Notes: generated from the letters alone by a model not told the origin. DNA of 64,000 nt from an uncultured Methanomicrobiales archaeon (GCA_963758915.1 CAVWXH010000006.1:1-64000); one strand, 5' to 3'; counted from the stretch's first letter, positions 9,807-21,735 are shown. A program made the numbers and translations.

Positions 9807-11814
9807 ATGGTGCTGAATAGCGAAATAAGACCTGACCCGGATCTCCTCCTCGCCCGCGTCCTCAATGAAGAGCGGCAAAAGAAGAGGGGCAGGCTCAAGA
9901 TCTTTCTTGGTTACGTGGCCGGGGTTGGCAAGACCTACGAAATGCTGAATGCAGCACACCTCAGGAAAAAAGAGGGGGTCAATGTCCAGATCGGGTATAT
10001 TGAGACGCATGGAAGGGTCGAAACTGAAGCACTCCTTGCTGGCCTGACCCTTATTCCCAGAAAAATAGTCGAGTACCGGGATGTAAGACTGGAAGAGATG
10101 GACCTCGATGCAATCATTGCTGCCCGGCCAGACCTCGTGCTCGTTGACGAACTGGCACACACCAATGCACCCGGTTCACGTCACCTCAAGCGTTACCAGG
10201 ATGTGGAAGAGCTGCTCGATGCCGGGATAGATGTGTATACCACCCTCAATGTGCAGCACCTCGAGAGCCTTAATGATGTCATCGCCCAGATAACCAACAT
10301 AGTCGTCAGGGAAACAATACCTGACGGGGTAATCGATGAAGCGGCCGAGATCGAACTTGTCGATCTTGCACCACCCGAACTCTTACAACGGCTGCGTGAA
10401 GGGAAAGTCTATGTCCCGGAAATGGCTGCCCGGGCCATTGAGCAGTTCTTCAACGAGGGAAACCTGTATGCTCTCCGTGAAATCGCCCTCCGCCGTGCTG
10501 CAGAGCGGGTTGATGACCAGATGCTCTCATATATGCAGACCCGTTCTATCCCCGGCCCATGGCATGCCGGGGAGAGGATACTGGTCTGTGTGGGCCCGAG
10601 CCCGCTTTCAGAACGTCTAGTCCGGACAGCAAGGAGGCAGGCAGACCGGATTAATGCGAACTGGGACGCAATCTATGTCGAGACCCCGTCCCATCACCGG
10701 CTCTCAAAAAATGCGAAGGAGCAGGTCTGGCGTAACCTCCAGCTCGCTGAAAAACTTGGTGCAACGACTGCAACTATATTCGGGATAAGTGTAGCCGATA
10801 CCGCGATCGAGTATGCCAAAAAGCATAACATCACGCGAATTATCATCGGGAAAACACTTCGCCCCCGGTGGCAGGAATTTGTTTTCGGTTCAGTCGTGGA
10901 CACGCTTATCCACAACAGCGGGACGATCGATGTCTACGTAATCAGCGGCCAGGATAAAGGGCCGGAAAAGCCCGTTGAAATGGAACCCCTGTTGCCGACG
11001 AATCCGCCGAAAGGATATGCGGGGTGTATAGGGCTTATTATTTTGACCACCCTCGTAGGATGGCTGCTCAAGCCGTACATATCCCAGACAAACCTCCTGA
11101 TGTTCTACCTGCTTGGTTGTTGTCCTGACGGCGTACCTCTGGGGGCTCCGCCCTGCGATAGTGAGTGCAATTCTCGGGGTACTTGCTTTTGACTTCTTCT
11201 TTGTATCTCCCTATCTGAGTTTTCGGATCTCTGATACAGAGTATATCATCACGTTTATCGGTTTGATAGTGGTCGCAGGGGTGATCAGCCTGCTCGTTGC
11301 CCGGGCACGGGAACATGCATTTGCAGCACAGGTCCGCGAAAAAGAGACAAGCACCCTTTTTGCATTATCACAGGATCTTACTATTGCTCCGGATATCAGC
11401 ACGGTAATCAACACCGTCACAAAACATATCGGTGAGATATTCAACTGGGAATGTATTTTCCTCATCTTTGAAAACGGCTCACTTGTCCAGAATCCTGGGA
11501 GTCCGGGGCTTATGCTTGATGCTGACGAAATTGCGGTGGCAACATGGGCATTTTCACACGATACCGTTACGGGCTACGATACCGATACCCTCCACTCATC
11601 CCGGTTGAGATATATTCCGCTTCGTACAAACCGGGGAATACTTGGGATTCTCGGGGTAAAACCTGACGAGCCGGACGGTGTAATAAACCCCGAGCAGTCA
11701 AGACTCCTGGCAGCATTCGCCAATCAGGTAGCCCTTGCAATCGAACGTGTGAATGTCACTAATGTCGATGATGACACGACAGAACGAAATAAAATGCGGG
11801 AATTCTCATCATGA
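9807..11814 (+). CDS. kdpD: KdpD-type sensor lacking a histidine kinase domain (KdpD-N, Usp, DUF4118 TMs, GAF; apparent +1 frameshift at ~11116)
   Basis: RGRLKIFLGYVAGVGKTYEML, VDELAHTN, TLNVQHLESLND, a Usp-like region, LAFDFFFV.PY, and a GAF ending AFANQVALAIER, then a stop. Confidence 0.9.
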
Positions 11815-12061
11815 GAACAATAAATTTTCCACACATCTATAATTAGGGCGCCCCTGGTTATGCTGTGTAGAGGCATTGAACCAGACATGTCACCAATCCG
11901 GGCTGAGGCACTTTGCCTTGCAGGTTGTAATTTCTGTCTTTTTATCAGCGGGCCTTCGTAAACGGATGTGAGATAGAATTACTTTTTTACTGCCAGATAG
12001 TAACCGACGCTGATTAATGTTTAATACCTGACCGACACAGGTGGTTTAAGGAGAAAAACGC

Positions 12062-12631
12062 ATGAAAAGGCCAGCACTTCTGATTATCGATATGCAGAAT
12101 GATTTTGTCCGGGCTGGTGCACCCATGCAGATGCCGGGTGCCCAAAGTATTATTGCCAACGTAAAAGTGGTGCTGGAGGCGTTCCGAGATCAGGGACTCC
12201 CTGTGTTCCATGTGGTGCGTGTTCACCGGGGCGATGGCTCCGATGTGGAACTATTCCGGCGGGAGATTTTTAAAAAAGTTCCTTTTGCCGTCGAGGGGGC
12301 GCCCGGATCAGAGATTATTGATGAACTCAGGCCTTTGCAAGGGGAGTACCATATAAGGAAAAACCGTATGAGTGCCTTCATGAACACCGATCTCGACCTG
12401 TTATTACGATCGCTGGGAATTGATTCGTTGTTTGTCACCGGTATCCAGACACCGAATTGCATCCGGACTACCGTTTTCGATGCAGCTGCATTCGGGTATC
12501 ATACCTTCCTGGTTGAGGATGCTGTAGCCGCCCGTAACTCAGCGGTTCACCAGGCCAACCTTTTTGACATGGCAAACATAGGGACTGTTATCGTTAAAAA
12601 AGACCGTGTGGCGGACTTGATCCGTTGTTGA
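12062..12631 (+). CDS. Isochorismatase-family cysteine hydrolase
   Basis: ALLIIDMQNDF, K.R.SAF..TDL, GIQTPNCIRTT..DA. Confidence 0.92.
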   Translation: MKRPALLIIDMQNDFVRAGAPMQMPGAQSIIANVKVVLEAFRDQGLPVFHVVRVHRGDGSDVELFRREIFKKVPFAVEGAPGSEIIDELRPLQGEYHIRKNRMSAFMNTDLDLLLRSLGIDSLFVTGIQTPNCIRTTVFDAAAFGYHTFLVEDAVAARNSAVHQANLFDMANIGTVIVKKDRVADLIRC

Positions 12632-12752
12632 TGCCAGGATTGCCCTGCGATTAAAAAAAGAGTTCCTGTTACTAATGCAGGTCTGGTAAAAAAATGTACA
12701 GCCCCTGGGACTGCCCGGGAAACCGCAGGTATTCTGTTGGGATGCATGTCTG

Positions 12753-13277
12753 TTATGAATCCTTTTTTTCACGGGCGTTCCAACGGGCCCGCAATGCCTC
12801 ATCATACATAATAACGAGGGACAGACTGATTAGGTTCAGTGTGGTCGCTGTATACCAGAGAAAGGATTCAAGCGGGGTTAGCCTGGTTATCCAGCCGGAC
12901 CAGAGCATAATGCAGATAATTGAAAAGGAGAGCAGGGTGTCAAGCGCGAGAAATGTTCCCGGTGCATGAAAATACCTGCCTATCTGCGCGATAGTGCAGT
13001 ATTCAATAGCATTACTCCGTCCGAAATGGTCAAGGACTGCCCTTGCCACGTTCATAGCGAGGTCAAGTGCCGCCCAGACGATAATCAGCGCTCCCAGCAA
13101 AAAAAGGGCCTTTTCCCCCTCAATGCCATTCCTGAGGGCAAGAGATCCGAATATGAATTTGTAGATACAAAACGGTATACCGATGGTACTACTCAAAAAT
13201 AATGGTGAATGAAAGAACCTTGAAATCCTGTCATCAGGTGCCGGATGGGTTGATGTACTGGGCTCTCTCGGGGACAT
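12753..13277 (-). CDS. Hypothetical membrane protein (about 4 TM segments)
   Basis: Several hydrophobic segments. The ATG at 13277 was chosen as the start. Confidence 0.7.
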   Translation of the reverse strand: MSPREPSTSTHPAPDDRISRFFHSPLFLSSTIGIPFCIYKFIFGSLALRNGIEGEKALFLLGALIIVWAALDLAMNVARAVLDHFGRSNAIEYCTIAQIGRYFHAPGTFLALDTLLSFSIICIMLWSGWITRLTPLESFLWYTATTLNLISLSLVIMYDEALRARWNAREKKDS

Positions 13278-13536
13278 GGGTTCTCTACACGGTTGATCGG
13301 GTTCAATAATGAATAACTCGTTAGCAGGTAGTGTATAAAATCTTGCGAAGAGCACTTCGCCAGAATTTTTCCGTGGACAGGTGAGTGACTGGTAACAATT
13401 TCAGCACGCCGTAGGTATCAGTCGGTGATAAACGGTCAAATTCGTTATGTCTTTCATATCAACGATTGTACCAATTTCCCGGGTTTTAGAGATGATCCTC
13501 AAAATAATCTAATACAACGATATCGAACAGATATAT

Positions 13537-14229
13537 ATGCGCCCACATGTGACCGTCAATTTTGCCATGAGTGCAGATGGCAAACTCTCGACAAAAGAGC
13601 GGCGACAGGTAAAAATTTCAGGGAACGCTGATTTTGCCCGGGTGGACCAGCTGAAGGCCGGGAGTGATGCGGTCATGGTTGGTATTGGTACCGTTATGGC
13701 AGACGATCCTTCACTTACGGTGAAATCTGAAGAACTGAAACAGGCAAGGGTCTCCCGCGGACTCGATGAAAACCCCCTCCGGGTGGTCGTGGATAGCAGG
13801 GGGCGCATTCCCGTCGATGCAGCAGTTTTATGCAAGGGTCCTGGAAAGCGGGTGATTGGTTGTGCAGAAGCAATTGATCCCGCGACCCACCGATCCCTTA
13901 AATCACATGCAACAGTGGTTATTGCTGGAAAAGAGGAAGTAGACCTCAAAGAATTACTCTGCCGGCTGTACGACATGGGGGTCCGGAACCTCATGGTTGA
14001 AGGAGGCGGGACCCTGCTCTGGTCTATGTTCGAGCTGGGACTTGTGGATGAGGTATTCCAGTATATCGGTAACATGGTCATCGGCGGCAGGGATTCTCCC
14101 ACTCCCGCCGATGGCAGGGGATTTGGCATTACTGATCCATTTGTAAGAATGGATCTTATCGGGTGCACCCGGGTTGATGAAGGGGTACTTCTACACTGGT
14201 GTATCAGACCGCCGAAGCAGGCTGTTTAA
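13537..14229 (+). CDS. 2,5-diamino-6-(ribosylamino)-4(3H)-pyrimidinone 5'-phosphate reductase (RibD C-terminal type)
   Basis: RPHVTVNFAMSADGKL, DAVMVGIGTV.ADDPSLT, LMVEGGGTL. Confidence 0.92.
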   Translation: MRPHVTVNFAMSADGKLSTKERRQVKISGNADFARVDQLKAGSDAVMVGIGTVMADDPSLTVKSEELKQARVSRGLDENPLRVVVDSRGRIPVDAAVLCKGPGKRVIGCAEAIDPATHRSLKSHATVVIAGKEEVDLKELLCRLYDMGVRNLMVEGGGTLLWSMFELGLVDEVFQYIGNMVIGGRDSPTPADGRGFGITDPFVRMDLIGCTRVDEGVLLHWCIRPPKQAV

Positions 14230-14350
14230 ATTTCCCTCCCGATGGGCCTCATGGTTCCTTGAAATCGCAAAGGCTGTTCCCGGACACATCACAATTACCC
14301 CGTGTTGCAGTGGTTGAAAGGCGCTGACTAAAAAAATCCCGGTCTAAACA

Positions 14351-15589
14351 ATGGAACTTGCACTAATTATTCTCCTGGCTGTGTTTTTACTGATAGCAGT
14401 CCGCCAGGTAGGGCGTTTCCGGTTCCGTATCTGGCAGGTAATGTGTGCAGGTGCGTTGGCTGTACTTATTACAGGCCAGATATCATTACCTGATGCGGTC
14501 CGGTCCATCAACATCGATGTAATGGTCTTCCTGCTCGGGATGTTTATTGTTGGCGAAGCACTTTCAGAAAGTGGCTGCCTGCTTACCATTTCAAAGCGCC
14601 TGGTGTCGTATTGCAGTAATTCCTGGCAATTCGTTGCTCTCTTTATTTTCTCGATGGCACTTCTCTCTGCATTCATTATGAATGATACCATGGCGATTAT
14701 CGGGACGCCTCTTGCACTGTATCTCGGTCGTCGTCTTGGCTTAAGCATTAAAATGCTCCTGATCTCTCTCTGTTTTGCTATTACCACCGGGAGCGTGATG
14801 AGCCCGATTGGCAACCCTCAGAACCTTCTTATTGCGACAGAATGCGGGTATACAAATCCATTTGGTACATTTTTATTGTATCTTGGAATCCCAACGATAA
14901 TTTCACTTGTGTTGCTTGTTTTCTTTATCCGTTTATTCTACCCACCGGATTCCGGGGAAAAAATCTGCATTGTGGAAGATGTGCAGCTTGCCGACCCGGA
15001 GCTTGCCCGGATCCTTATAATTTCTCTCACCCTCGTTACATCCTGTATAATTCTGCAGGTCCTGCTCACCCTTCATCCATTCGGGGTAGAATACTCCGTA
15101 CCATTACCTGTGATTGCAATTGCGGGAGCTGCCCCGGTTATTCTCCTTTCCCGGAAGAGGGTTGAAATAATCCGGAAAATTGACTGGCCAACTCTGGTTT
15201 TCTTTATATCTATGTTCGTCCTGATGGCCGCAGTGTTCACAACGGGTTTTTTCCAGGCTGCAGTCCCTGCCGCAGCAGCATCGTCCGTGTTTCTCCTGTA
15301 CACAACAAGTCTGATAATCAGCCAGTTCATCTCCAATGTCCCGTTTGTTGCCCTTTTTACCCCCCTGCTGCAACAGGCCGGAATGTCTGTCAACGAGACA
15401 ATGGCACTCGCAGCCGGGAGCACCCTCGCTGGTAACCTGACAATCCTCGGGGCTGCAAGTAATATTATTGTAATCCAGAATGCGGAACGGCAGGGTGAGA
15501 CAATAACCTTCATGGAATTCATCAGGTTCGGTATACCCTTTTCACTTGTAACCGGTGTAGTATTTGTCGTGTGGCTCACGTTCGTGTGA
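14351..15589 (+). CDS. ArsB/NhaD/SLC13-family anion transporter
   Basis: SAFIMNDT, GSVMSPIGNPQNLLIA, SQFISNVP, GSTLAGNLTILGAASN. Multiple TM segments. Confidence 0.88.
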   Translation: MELALIILLAVFLLIAVRQVGRFRFRIWQVMCAGALAVLITGQISLPDAVRSINIDVMVFLLGMFIVGEALSESGCLLTISKRLVSYCSNSWQFVALFIFSMALLSAFIMNDTMAIIGTPLALYLGRRLGLSIKMLLISLCFAITTGSVMSPIGNPQNLLIATECGYTNPFGTFLLYLGIPTIISLVLLVFFIRLFYPPDSGEKICIVEDVQLADPELARILIISLTLVTSCIILQVLLTLHPFGVEYSVPLPVIAIAGAAPVILLSRKRVEIIRKIDWPTLVFFISMFVLMAAVFTTGFFQAAVPAAAASSVFLLYTTSLIISQFISNVPFVALFTPLLQQAGMSVNETMALAAGSTLAGNLTILGAASNIIVIQNAERQGETITFMEFIRFGIPFSLVTGVVFVVWLTFV

Positions 15590-15692
15590 GTATCCGGATA
15601 GCCCGGGGTTCGCCGCAACGGGAAAAATAGCATAAAAACCGGGATAGAATGAAGGAGCAATTTATATAACCGGGATGTTTTACTTCTACCAT

Positions 15693-18140
15693 ATGCCCGG
15701 GGAACAAAAGAAAAAAGCAGAACTGAAGATTTCGGGGATGCATTGCGCGACCTGTGCAATCAATATAGAAGAGTCCCTTTCAAAGGTGGAAAGTGTTTCA
15801 AATGCCCAGGTAAACTTTGGGACCGATACTGCGCATGTCGAGTTTGACCCTGCAAAAGTCTCGATAAAAGACCTTGAAAAGGCGGTTACCGATGCCGGGT
15901 ACGAAGTAGTGAACCGTGAGGCGGTTATCAGGGTAGGGGGAATGGTCTGTGCCACCTGTGTCCAGACTATAGAGGCGGCATTACGGGCACTTCCGGGTGT
16001 GGCATCGGCAACGGTCAACCTTGGTACTGAAAAGGCATACGTCATCTATAACCCGTCAGTAACCGGGGTTCCCGAAATGAAATTCGCGATCGAGGATGCA
16101 GGTTACCAGTATCTTGGGCTGGCCGGGGAAATCAGTGAAGAGGCTGAAAAAAAGGCACGGGAAAAGGACCTTCACGATAAACTCGTACGCTTCTCAATTG
16201 GTTTTGCTGTAAGCATCCCCCTGATGCTCATGATGTGGGTCCCCCTGCCTGTTACCATGCAGACGATGGCGTATATCATGTTCATCATCGCAACACCGGT
16301 GTTCGTATACGTTGCCTACCCGATCTTCAGGGCAGCGCATATGGCACTCCGGAACCGTTCGCTTAACATGGACGTGATGTATGCCATGGGTACCGGGATC
16401 GCCTACGGTTCAAGTGTCCTCGGGACTTTCAATATCGTTCTTGACCCGGGGTTCATGTTTTACGATGCTGCAATAATGCTGGCGTCGTTCCTGATACTTG
16501 GCCGTTACCTTGAGGCAAAAGCAAAGGGAAGGACGTCCGAAGCAATAAAAAAACTCGCCGGGCTTGGGGCAAAAAACGCGATTGTCCTTCGTAACGGCGT
16601 TGAGGAGGAGATCCCTGTCGAAGACGTGGTGCCCGGGGATATTGTTGTTGTCAAACCCGGGGCGAAAGTACCTGTGGATGGCGAAGTGGCTGCAGGTGAG
16701 AGCTACGTCAATGAGGCGATGATCACGGGAGAGCCGGTTCCACCGCTTAAACGTACGGGGGACCGGGTTGTCGGGGGCACGATAAACCAGAACAGTGTCC
16801 TAAATGTGAAGGTGCTGAAGGTGGGAAAAGAGACGGTCCTCGCACAGATTATCCAGCTGGTCGAGGATGCACAGGCGTCGAAACCACCGGTGCAGAGAAT
16901 TGCCGACACTGCGGTAACCTACTTCATCCCGGTAGTATTGATTATCGCCGCTGTTACATTCGTTGCATGGTATTATCTCCTCGGGGGCAGCCTGCTTTTC
17001 GCACTTACGGCGATGATCTCCGTGCTTGTGGTTGCCTGTCCGTGTGCACTGGGCCTGGCAACACCAACTGCGGTGACCGTAGGTGTGGGACGGGGTGCAG
17101 AACTTGGGATTTTAATAAAAAATGGTGAAGCCCTTGAAGTTGCCGAAAAAATTACCACCATGGTGTTCGACAAGACCGGCACCCTCACAAAAGGACAGCC
17201 TGAGGTAACCGATATCATCCGGTTTGGAATTCCGGAAGCGACGTTACTTTCCATTGCTGCGGCACTCGAGACCGGATCGCAACACCCTCTTGCACAGGCA
17301 ATAGTCAGGGAAGCGAAGAGAAAGGGACTTTTACAGGAAACGGCGGAAAAATTTGACACGATAAATGGAAAAGGTGTCGTCGGCGTGGTACTCGGGGAAG
17401 AAGTCCTGGCAGGTAACAGGGCATTGATGCAGGACAAGAGTGTACCCGTGGATAACGAGACCGAATCCAGGATTACCCTGATCGAACAGGAAGGGAAGAC
17501 TGCCGTCCTTGTTGCTGCCGGAGGAAGAATGGCGGGAGTAATCGGAATAGCAGACACCTTAAAAGAGTCTGCGTACCGGGCGGTTTCGAGCCTCGGCGAG
17601 ATGGGGGTGAAGGTGGTGATGATAACCGGTGATAACCGTCGCACCGCCGAAGCAATCGCGAGAAAGGTTGGAATATCGAATGTAGTGGCGGAAGTACTCC
17701 CCCAGGACAAGGCGTCCCGGGTACAGGCGTTGCAGGAATTGGGAGAAATTGTGGCATTTGTAGGTGACGGGATAAACGATGCCCCGGCGCTTGCACGTGC
17801 TGATGTGGGAATCGCCATTGGCAGCGGCACAGATATAGCAATCGAGAGCGGGGACATTGTATTGATTCGGGATGACCTGGCAGATTCAGTTGCTTCAATC
17901 CAGCTCTCAAAGAAAGTAATGGGCAGAATCCGGGGCAACATATTCTGGGCCTTTGCATACAATGCGGCGCTTATCCCGGTAGCCGCAGGGGTGCTCTATC
18001 CTTCTTTCGGCATTATGTTCAGGCCGGAACTCGCTGCATTAGCCATGGCACTGAGTTCCGTCACCGTCGTGAGCCTCTCACTCCTGTTAAAAACATATAT
18101 TCCTGAAGTGGAAAAAGGAAAGGTAACTGCACTACAATGA
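15693..18140 (+). CDS. copA: Copper-translocating P1B-type ATPase
   Basis: Two GMxCxxC HMA domains, [25 protein letters not shown] and MALSS Cu(+) motifs. Confidence 0.95.
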   Translation: MPGEQKKKAELKISGMHCATCAINIEESLSKVESVSNAQVNFGTDTAHVEFDPAKVSIKDLEKAVTDAGYEVVNREAVIRVGGMVCATCVQTIEAALRALPGVASATVNLGTEKAYVIYNPSVTGVPEMKFAIEDAGYQYLGLAGEISEEAEKKAREKDLHDKLVRFSIGFAVSIPLMLMMWVPLPVTMQTMAYIMFIIATPVFVYVAYPIFRAAHMALRNRSLNMDVMYAMGTGIAYGSSVLGTFNIVLDPGFMFYDAAIMLASFLILGRYLEAKAKGRTSEAIKKLAGLGAKNAIVLRNGVEEEIPVEDVVPGDIVVVKPGAKVPVDGEVAAGESYVNEAMITGEPVPPLKRTGDRVVGGTINQNSVLNVKVLKVGKETVLAQIIQLVEDAQASKPPVQRIADTAVTYFIPVVLIIAAVTFVAWYYLLGGSLLFALTAMISVLVVACPCALGLATPTAVTVGVGRGAELGILIKNGEALEVAEKITTMVFDKTGTLTKGQPEVTDIIRFGIPEATLLSIAAALETGSQHPLAQAIVREAKRKGLLQETAEKFDTINGKGVVGVVLGEEVLAGNRALMQDKSVPVDNETESRITLIEQEGKTAVLVAAGGRMAGVIGIADTLKESAYRAVSSLGEMGVKVVMITGDNRRTAEAIARKVGISNVVAEVLPQDKASRVQALQELGEIVAFVGDGINDAPALARADVGIAIGSGTDIAIESGDIVLIRDDLADSVASIQLSKKVMGRIRGNIFWAFAYNAALIPVAAGVLYPSFGIMFRPELAALAMALSSVTVVSLSLLLKTYIPEVEKGKVTALQ

Positions 18141-18448
18141 ATAGCTGGGGGCATGGGTGTGATTCCCGATGAATTAAGGCGGAATAGTGGAAGCGGTACG
18201 AATGTGATGCAATTGTACCGCTATATCCCGGGCCTTTTTTTTTATTCAGGGAGAGTCTTTGGTAGAGAGTATCCTCCTCGTAGAAACTGCAGATAAGAAT
18301 GAAATACTTATGATGAGCTATGCAGCCTGCCGGGTCTCCCGTTCTTTTTCCATTTGGAATATGTTTTTATCTCTCTTCCGGGTTATAATTCAATTAATAC
18401 CCGGCTCCCGGGATCAACAGAAACCAGTTTTCTTAATGGAGCACTACC

Positions 18449-19561
18449 ATGTCAAAACAAAAAGTCTATTTCGCAAATATGAGGGCGAGGGATCCGCGGG
18501 ATAACACGGTCTCGAAGATTAATCGCCTGTTCGAATCAGCCGGGTTTGGGGAGACAATACGTAAAAACGGGCTGACTGCGATAAAATTACATTTTGGTGA
18601 ACTCGGGAATGATTCCTATATTAACCCGGTATTCGTCCGCCAGGTCGTCGATAAAGTCAGGATATACGGGGGAAAGCCCTTTGTCACTGATTCCAATACC
18701 CTGTACCTTGGGAGCAGGTCAAATGCAGCAGACCATATTGAAACTGCGATCCTCCACGGGTTTGATTATTCGGTAGTTGGTGCCCCGGTAATCATCGCAG
18801 ACGGGCTTTCCGGTGGTAACACAAAATCAGTTGAGATTCAGAAAAAACACTTTAAAAAAGTAATAATTTCGGGAGATATCGCTGCAGCGGAGAGTATGGT
18901 CGTCCTTTCACACTTCAAAGGGCATGAAGTTGCGGGATTTGGCGGGGCGATAAAAAACCTCGGTATGGGCTGTGCATCTGCGTCAGGAAAACAGGCACAG
19001 CACTCTGCCCGGCCGCTTAGTATCGAAGATGCCTGCACCGGCTGTGGTAAATGTGTACAGGTCTGCCCGAAAACTGCAATCACGCTCAGAAATGAGAAAT
19101 CATCAATTGACAGGTCAAAATGCATCGGGTGCTTTGAATGTATGACTATCTGCCCCGAACGGGCAATCGATATTGACTGGGAGACCGAGATCCCGCAATT
19201 TATTGAGCGCATTGTCGAATATGCTGCCGGGGCCGTCCAGGGCAAGGAGTCGCGTATTGGATATATGAATTTCCTGACCCATATTACGCCGGACTGTGAC
19301 TGTGTCCCATGGAGTGATGCCCCGGTGGTCCCTGACATCGGGATCCTCGCATCGAAAGACCCGGTGGCGATCGATGCCGCAAGCTTCGATCTTGTCAACA
19401 GTCAACCTGGAAATCCCGGGTCATTGCTTCTGAATAATCATCACAGGGGAGCGGATAAATTCAAAGGACTCAGGGAAAATACCGATGCATACCTGCAGAT
19501 CCGGTATGGAGTTGAGATTGGTCTCGGTTCATCTGAATACGAACTGGTCCCATTGAAATGA
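18449..19561 (+). CDS. DUF362 family iron-sulfur protein
   Basis: AIKLHFGE.GN, SHFKGH..AGFGGAIKNLGMGCAS, two CxxCxxCxxxCP motifs, PDCDC. Confidence 0.9.
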   Translation: MSKQKVYFANMRARDPRDNTVSKINRLFESAGFGETIRKNGLTAIKLHFGELGNDSYINPVFVRQVVDKVRIYGGKPFVTDSNTLYLGSRSNAADHIETAILHGFDYSVVGAPVIIADGLSGGNTKSVEIQKKHFKKVIISGDIAAAESMVVLSHFKGHEVAGFGGAIKNLGMGCASASGKQAQHSARPLSIEDACTGCGKCVQVCPKTAITLRNEKSSIDRSKCIGCFECMTICPERAIDIDWETEIPQFIERIVEYAAGAVQGKESRIGYMNFLTHITPDCDCVPWSDAPVVPDIGILASKDPVAIDAASFDLVNSQPGNPGSLLLNNHHRGADKFKGLRENTDAYLQIRYGVEIGLGSSEYELVPLK

Positions 19562-19837
19562 TCTACCTGCATAGAGCTTCCACCGGTGGTATCACGAATC
19601 CGTTTTTTTAATTATGATCGATCAGGTTATCAGAGAAAAGTAGAAATTTCTCTGCTATTTTATTCAAATTTCCTCTATCCTTCAGTTTCATAGCCAAATA
19701 ACCATTAACTATATATGTGCAGCAGAAGGCAAGTGCTTATATCGGTATAAAAACTAAACTCTTTTGTTTGAGCCTTGTCGCTCGGACCCCCCTTGATTTT
19801 TTCAAGGCTATAGCAAGAGAGCATCAGGAGAGAGTTA

Positions 19838-21427
19838 ATGAATCTTAGACAACCGAACGCAAACGAAGCGACCGGAACGGTAAACCGCTCCCGGGACGTA
19901 TCGCCCATGTCAGGGATCTGTACCCGTTGCATCGACGGATGTAAAGGAGGCTGCGAGACCTGGTTATCATCATTCCGCGGACGTGAAGTCCTGTACCCCG
20001 GACCTTTTGGAGAGATCACCGCGGGTGCGGATAAAAACTACCCTGTTGATTATTCACACCTGAATATCCAGGGATACGCGGTTGGCGCAAAAGGCCTGCC
20101 AGAAGGGACTGAAATCGGCCCAGATAGTGCCGTTTTCTCATCAGTCGACACCGAAACCGAGTACGGGTGGGATAAGAAGGTAAAGATGCGCCTGCCGATT
20201 TTTACCGGAGCACTGGGGTCCACAGATATAGCACGGATCAACTGGGAACATTTTGCCATTGGTGCGGCAATTTCGGGTATAACCATTGTCTGCGGTGAGA
20301 ATGTTTGTGGGATTGACCCGGGCCTAAAACTCGACAGTAAAGGCAAAGTGTCAGAGTCCCCTGAAATGGACCGCAGGATCGGTATTTACAAGAAGTTCTA
20401 CGACGGGTACGGAGAGATGCTCGTCCAGATGAATGTCGAGGACACACGTCTCGGGACAGCCGAATATGTTTCTTCAAAGCATAACCTCGACACCATCGAG
20501 CTGAAATGGGGTCAGGGTGCCAAGTGCATAGGGGGAGAAATCAAGGTAAGCTCCCTGGAACGGGCAATTGAACTGAAAAAGCGTGGGTATATTGTTCTCC
20601 CTGACCCGACACTCCCAGAGATCCAGAAGGCCTTTAAGGCGGGAGCAATCAAGGAGTTCGAGCGACATTCCCGTCTTGGTTTTGTTACAAAAGAAGGCTT
20701 CCTCGAAGAGGTAGACCGTCTCCGTGACATCGGGTTCAAACGGGTCACGTTAAAGACCGGGGCATATTCCGCAGTAGAACTTGCAATGGCAATTCGCTTC
20801 TCGGCAGATGCAAAGATCGACCTCCTGACCATTGATGGTGCTTCCGGAGGTACCGGTATGAGCCCATGGCCAATGATGAACGAATGGGGTATCCCAACGT
20901 TCTACCTGCAGGCACTGGCCAACCAGTACTGCGAGAAGCTGAAAAAGAGAGGTATCAGGGTACCTGATATAGCGATGGCCGGCGGGTTCTCTGATGAACC
21001 AAATGTCTTCAAGTCACTCGCGATGGGCAGTCCCAATGTGAAGGCAGTCTGCATGGGCCGTGCTCTCATGATCCCCGGGATGGCAGGAAAGAACATTGAA
21101 AAGTGGATAAAAGATGGCGATCTCCCGAAGTCGGTTTCGAAGTACGGGACAAAGGCTGAGGAAATATTCGTCTCATATGAAGAACTGAAAGACAAGTACG
21201 GGTCACGGTTTAAAGAGATCCCGATGGGTGCAATCGGTATCTACACATACGCACAGAAATTCAGGACCGGTCTCCAGCAGCTGATGGCAGGGAGCAGGAA
21301 TTTCAATCTCAAGACAATATCCAGAAATGACGTGATGGCCTTAACAGAGGAATCGAGCCGCATATCTGGCATCCCGTATGTCATGGATGCATACAAGGAC
21401 AAAGCAAACAGCATCCTCCTTGACTAA
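19838..21427 (+). CDS. FMN-binding glutamate synthase family protein (stand-alone)
   Basis: ELKWGQGAK..GG, LKTG, DGASGGTGM, AGG..., MGRA. N-terminal CTRCIDGCKGGC. Confidence 0.88.
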   Translation: MNLRQPNANEATGTVNRSRDVSPMSGICTRCIDGCKGGCETWLSSFRGREVLYPGPFGEITAGADKNYPVDYSHLNIQGYAVGAKGLPEGTEIGPDSAVFSSVDTETEYGWDKKVKMRLPIFTGALGSTDIARINWEHFAIGAAISGITIVCGENVCGIDPGLKLDSKGKVSESPEMDRRIGIYKKFYDGYGEMLVQMNVEDTRLGTAEYVSSKHNLDTIELKWGQGAKCIGGEIKVSSLERAIELKKRGYIVLPDPTLPEIQKAFKAGAIKEFERHSRLGFVTKEGFLEEVDRLRDIGFKRVTLKTGAYSAVELAMAIRFSADAKIDLLTIDGASGGTGMSPWPMMNEWGIPTFYLQALANQYCEKLKKRGIRVPDIAMAGGFSDEPNVFKSLAMGSPNVKAVCMGRALMIPGMAGKNIEKWIKDGDLPKSVSKYGTKAEEIFVSYEELKDKYGSRFKEIPMGAIGIYTYAQKFRTGLQQLMAGSRNFNLKTISRNDVMALTEESSRISGIPYVMDAYKDKANSILLD

Positions 21428-21523
21428 TTGGGGGCCCGAATCACTGTACCGTAAGGTCAGTGGTCTCTTTTTTTTGATTCATCAGAAATGCACTAATACG
21501 TTCTCATCGATTTGGAACTATTC

Positions 21524-21735
21524 CGAAATTTACCCACGTTCCTCTGGCTCTGCCATGCTGCTGTGGCGACCCCGGTTGGGATAGAGAATTCTCTGGAATA
21601 TTCTAATGACCTTCAGAAAACCATTTGACCAGAGAATATCTTCTGGTGATGGGGCAAGGGAGGGGGTGAAACCCCCCTCCTGTCTTCGTATTGCCCTCCT
21701 ATATTTTATGAAACCTAAGGGTTTCAAACAAAGCC
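21524..21735. mobile_element. Degenerate MITE copy (same family; left TIR not recognisable)
   Basis: Shares CTGTGGCG.CCCGGTTGGGATAGAGA and GGGGGTGAAACCCCC(C)TCCTGTCTTCGTATT with 4548-4805. Right end GGGTTTCAAACAAAGCC. Confidence 0.8.

Noticed and set aside
16973-17962. Long antisense ORFs (e.g. 16973-17962, 29554-30243, 5857-6552)
   Set aside because: Shadows of well-supported genes on the opposite strand.
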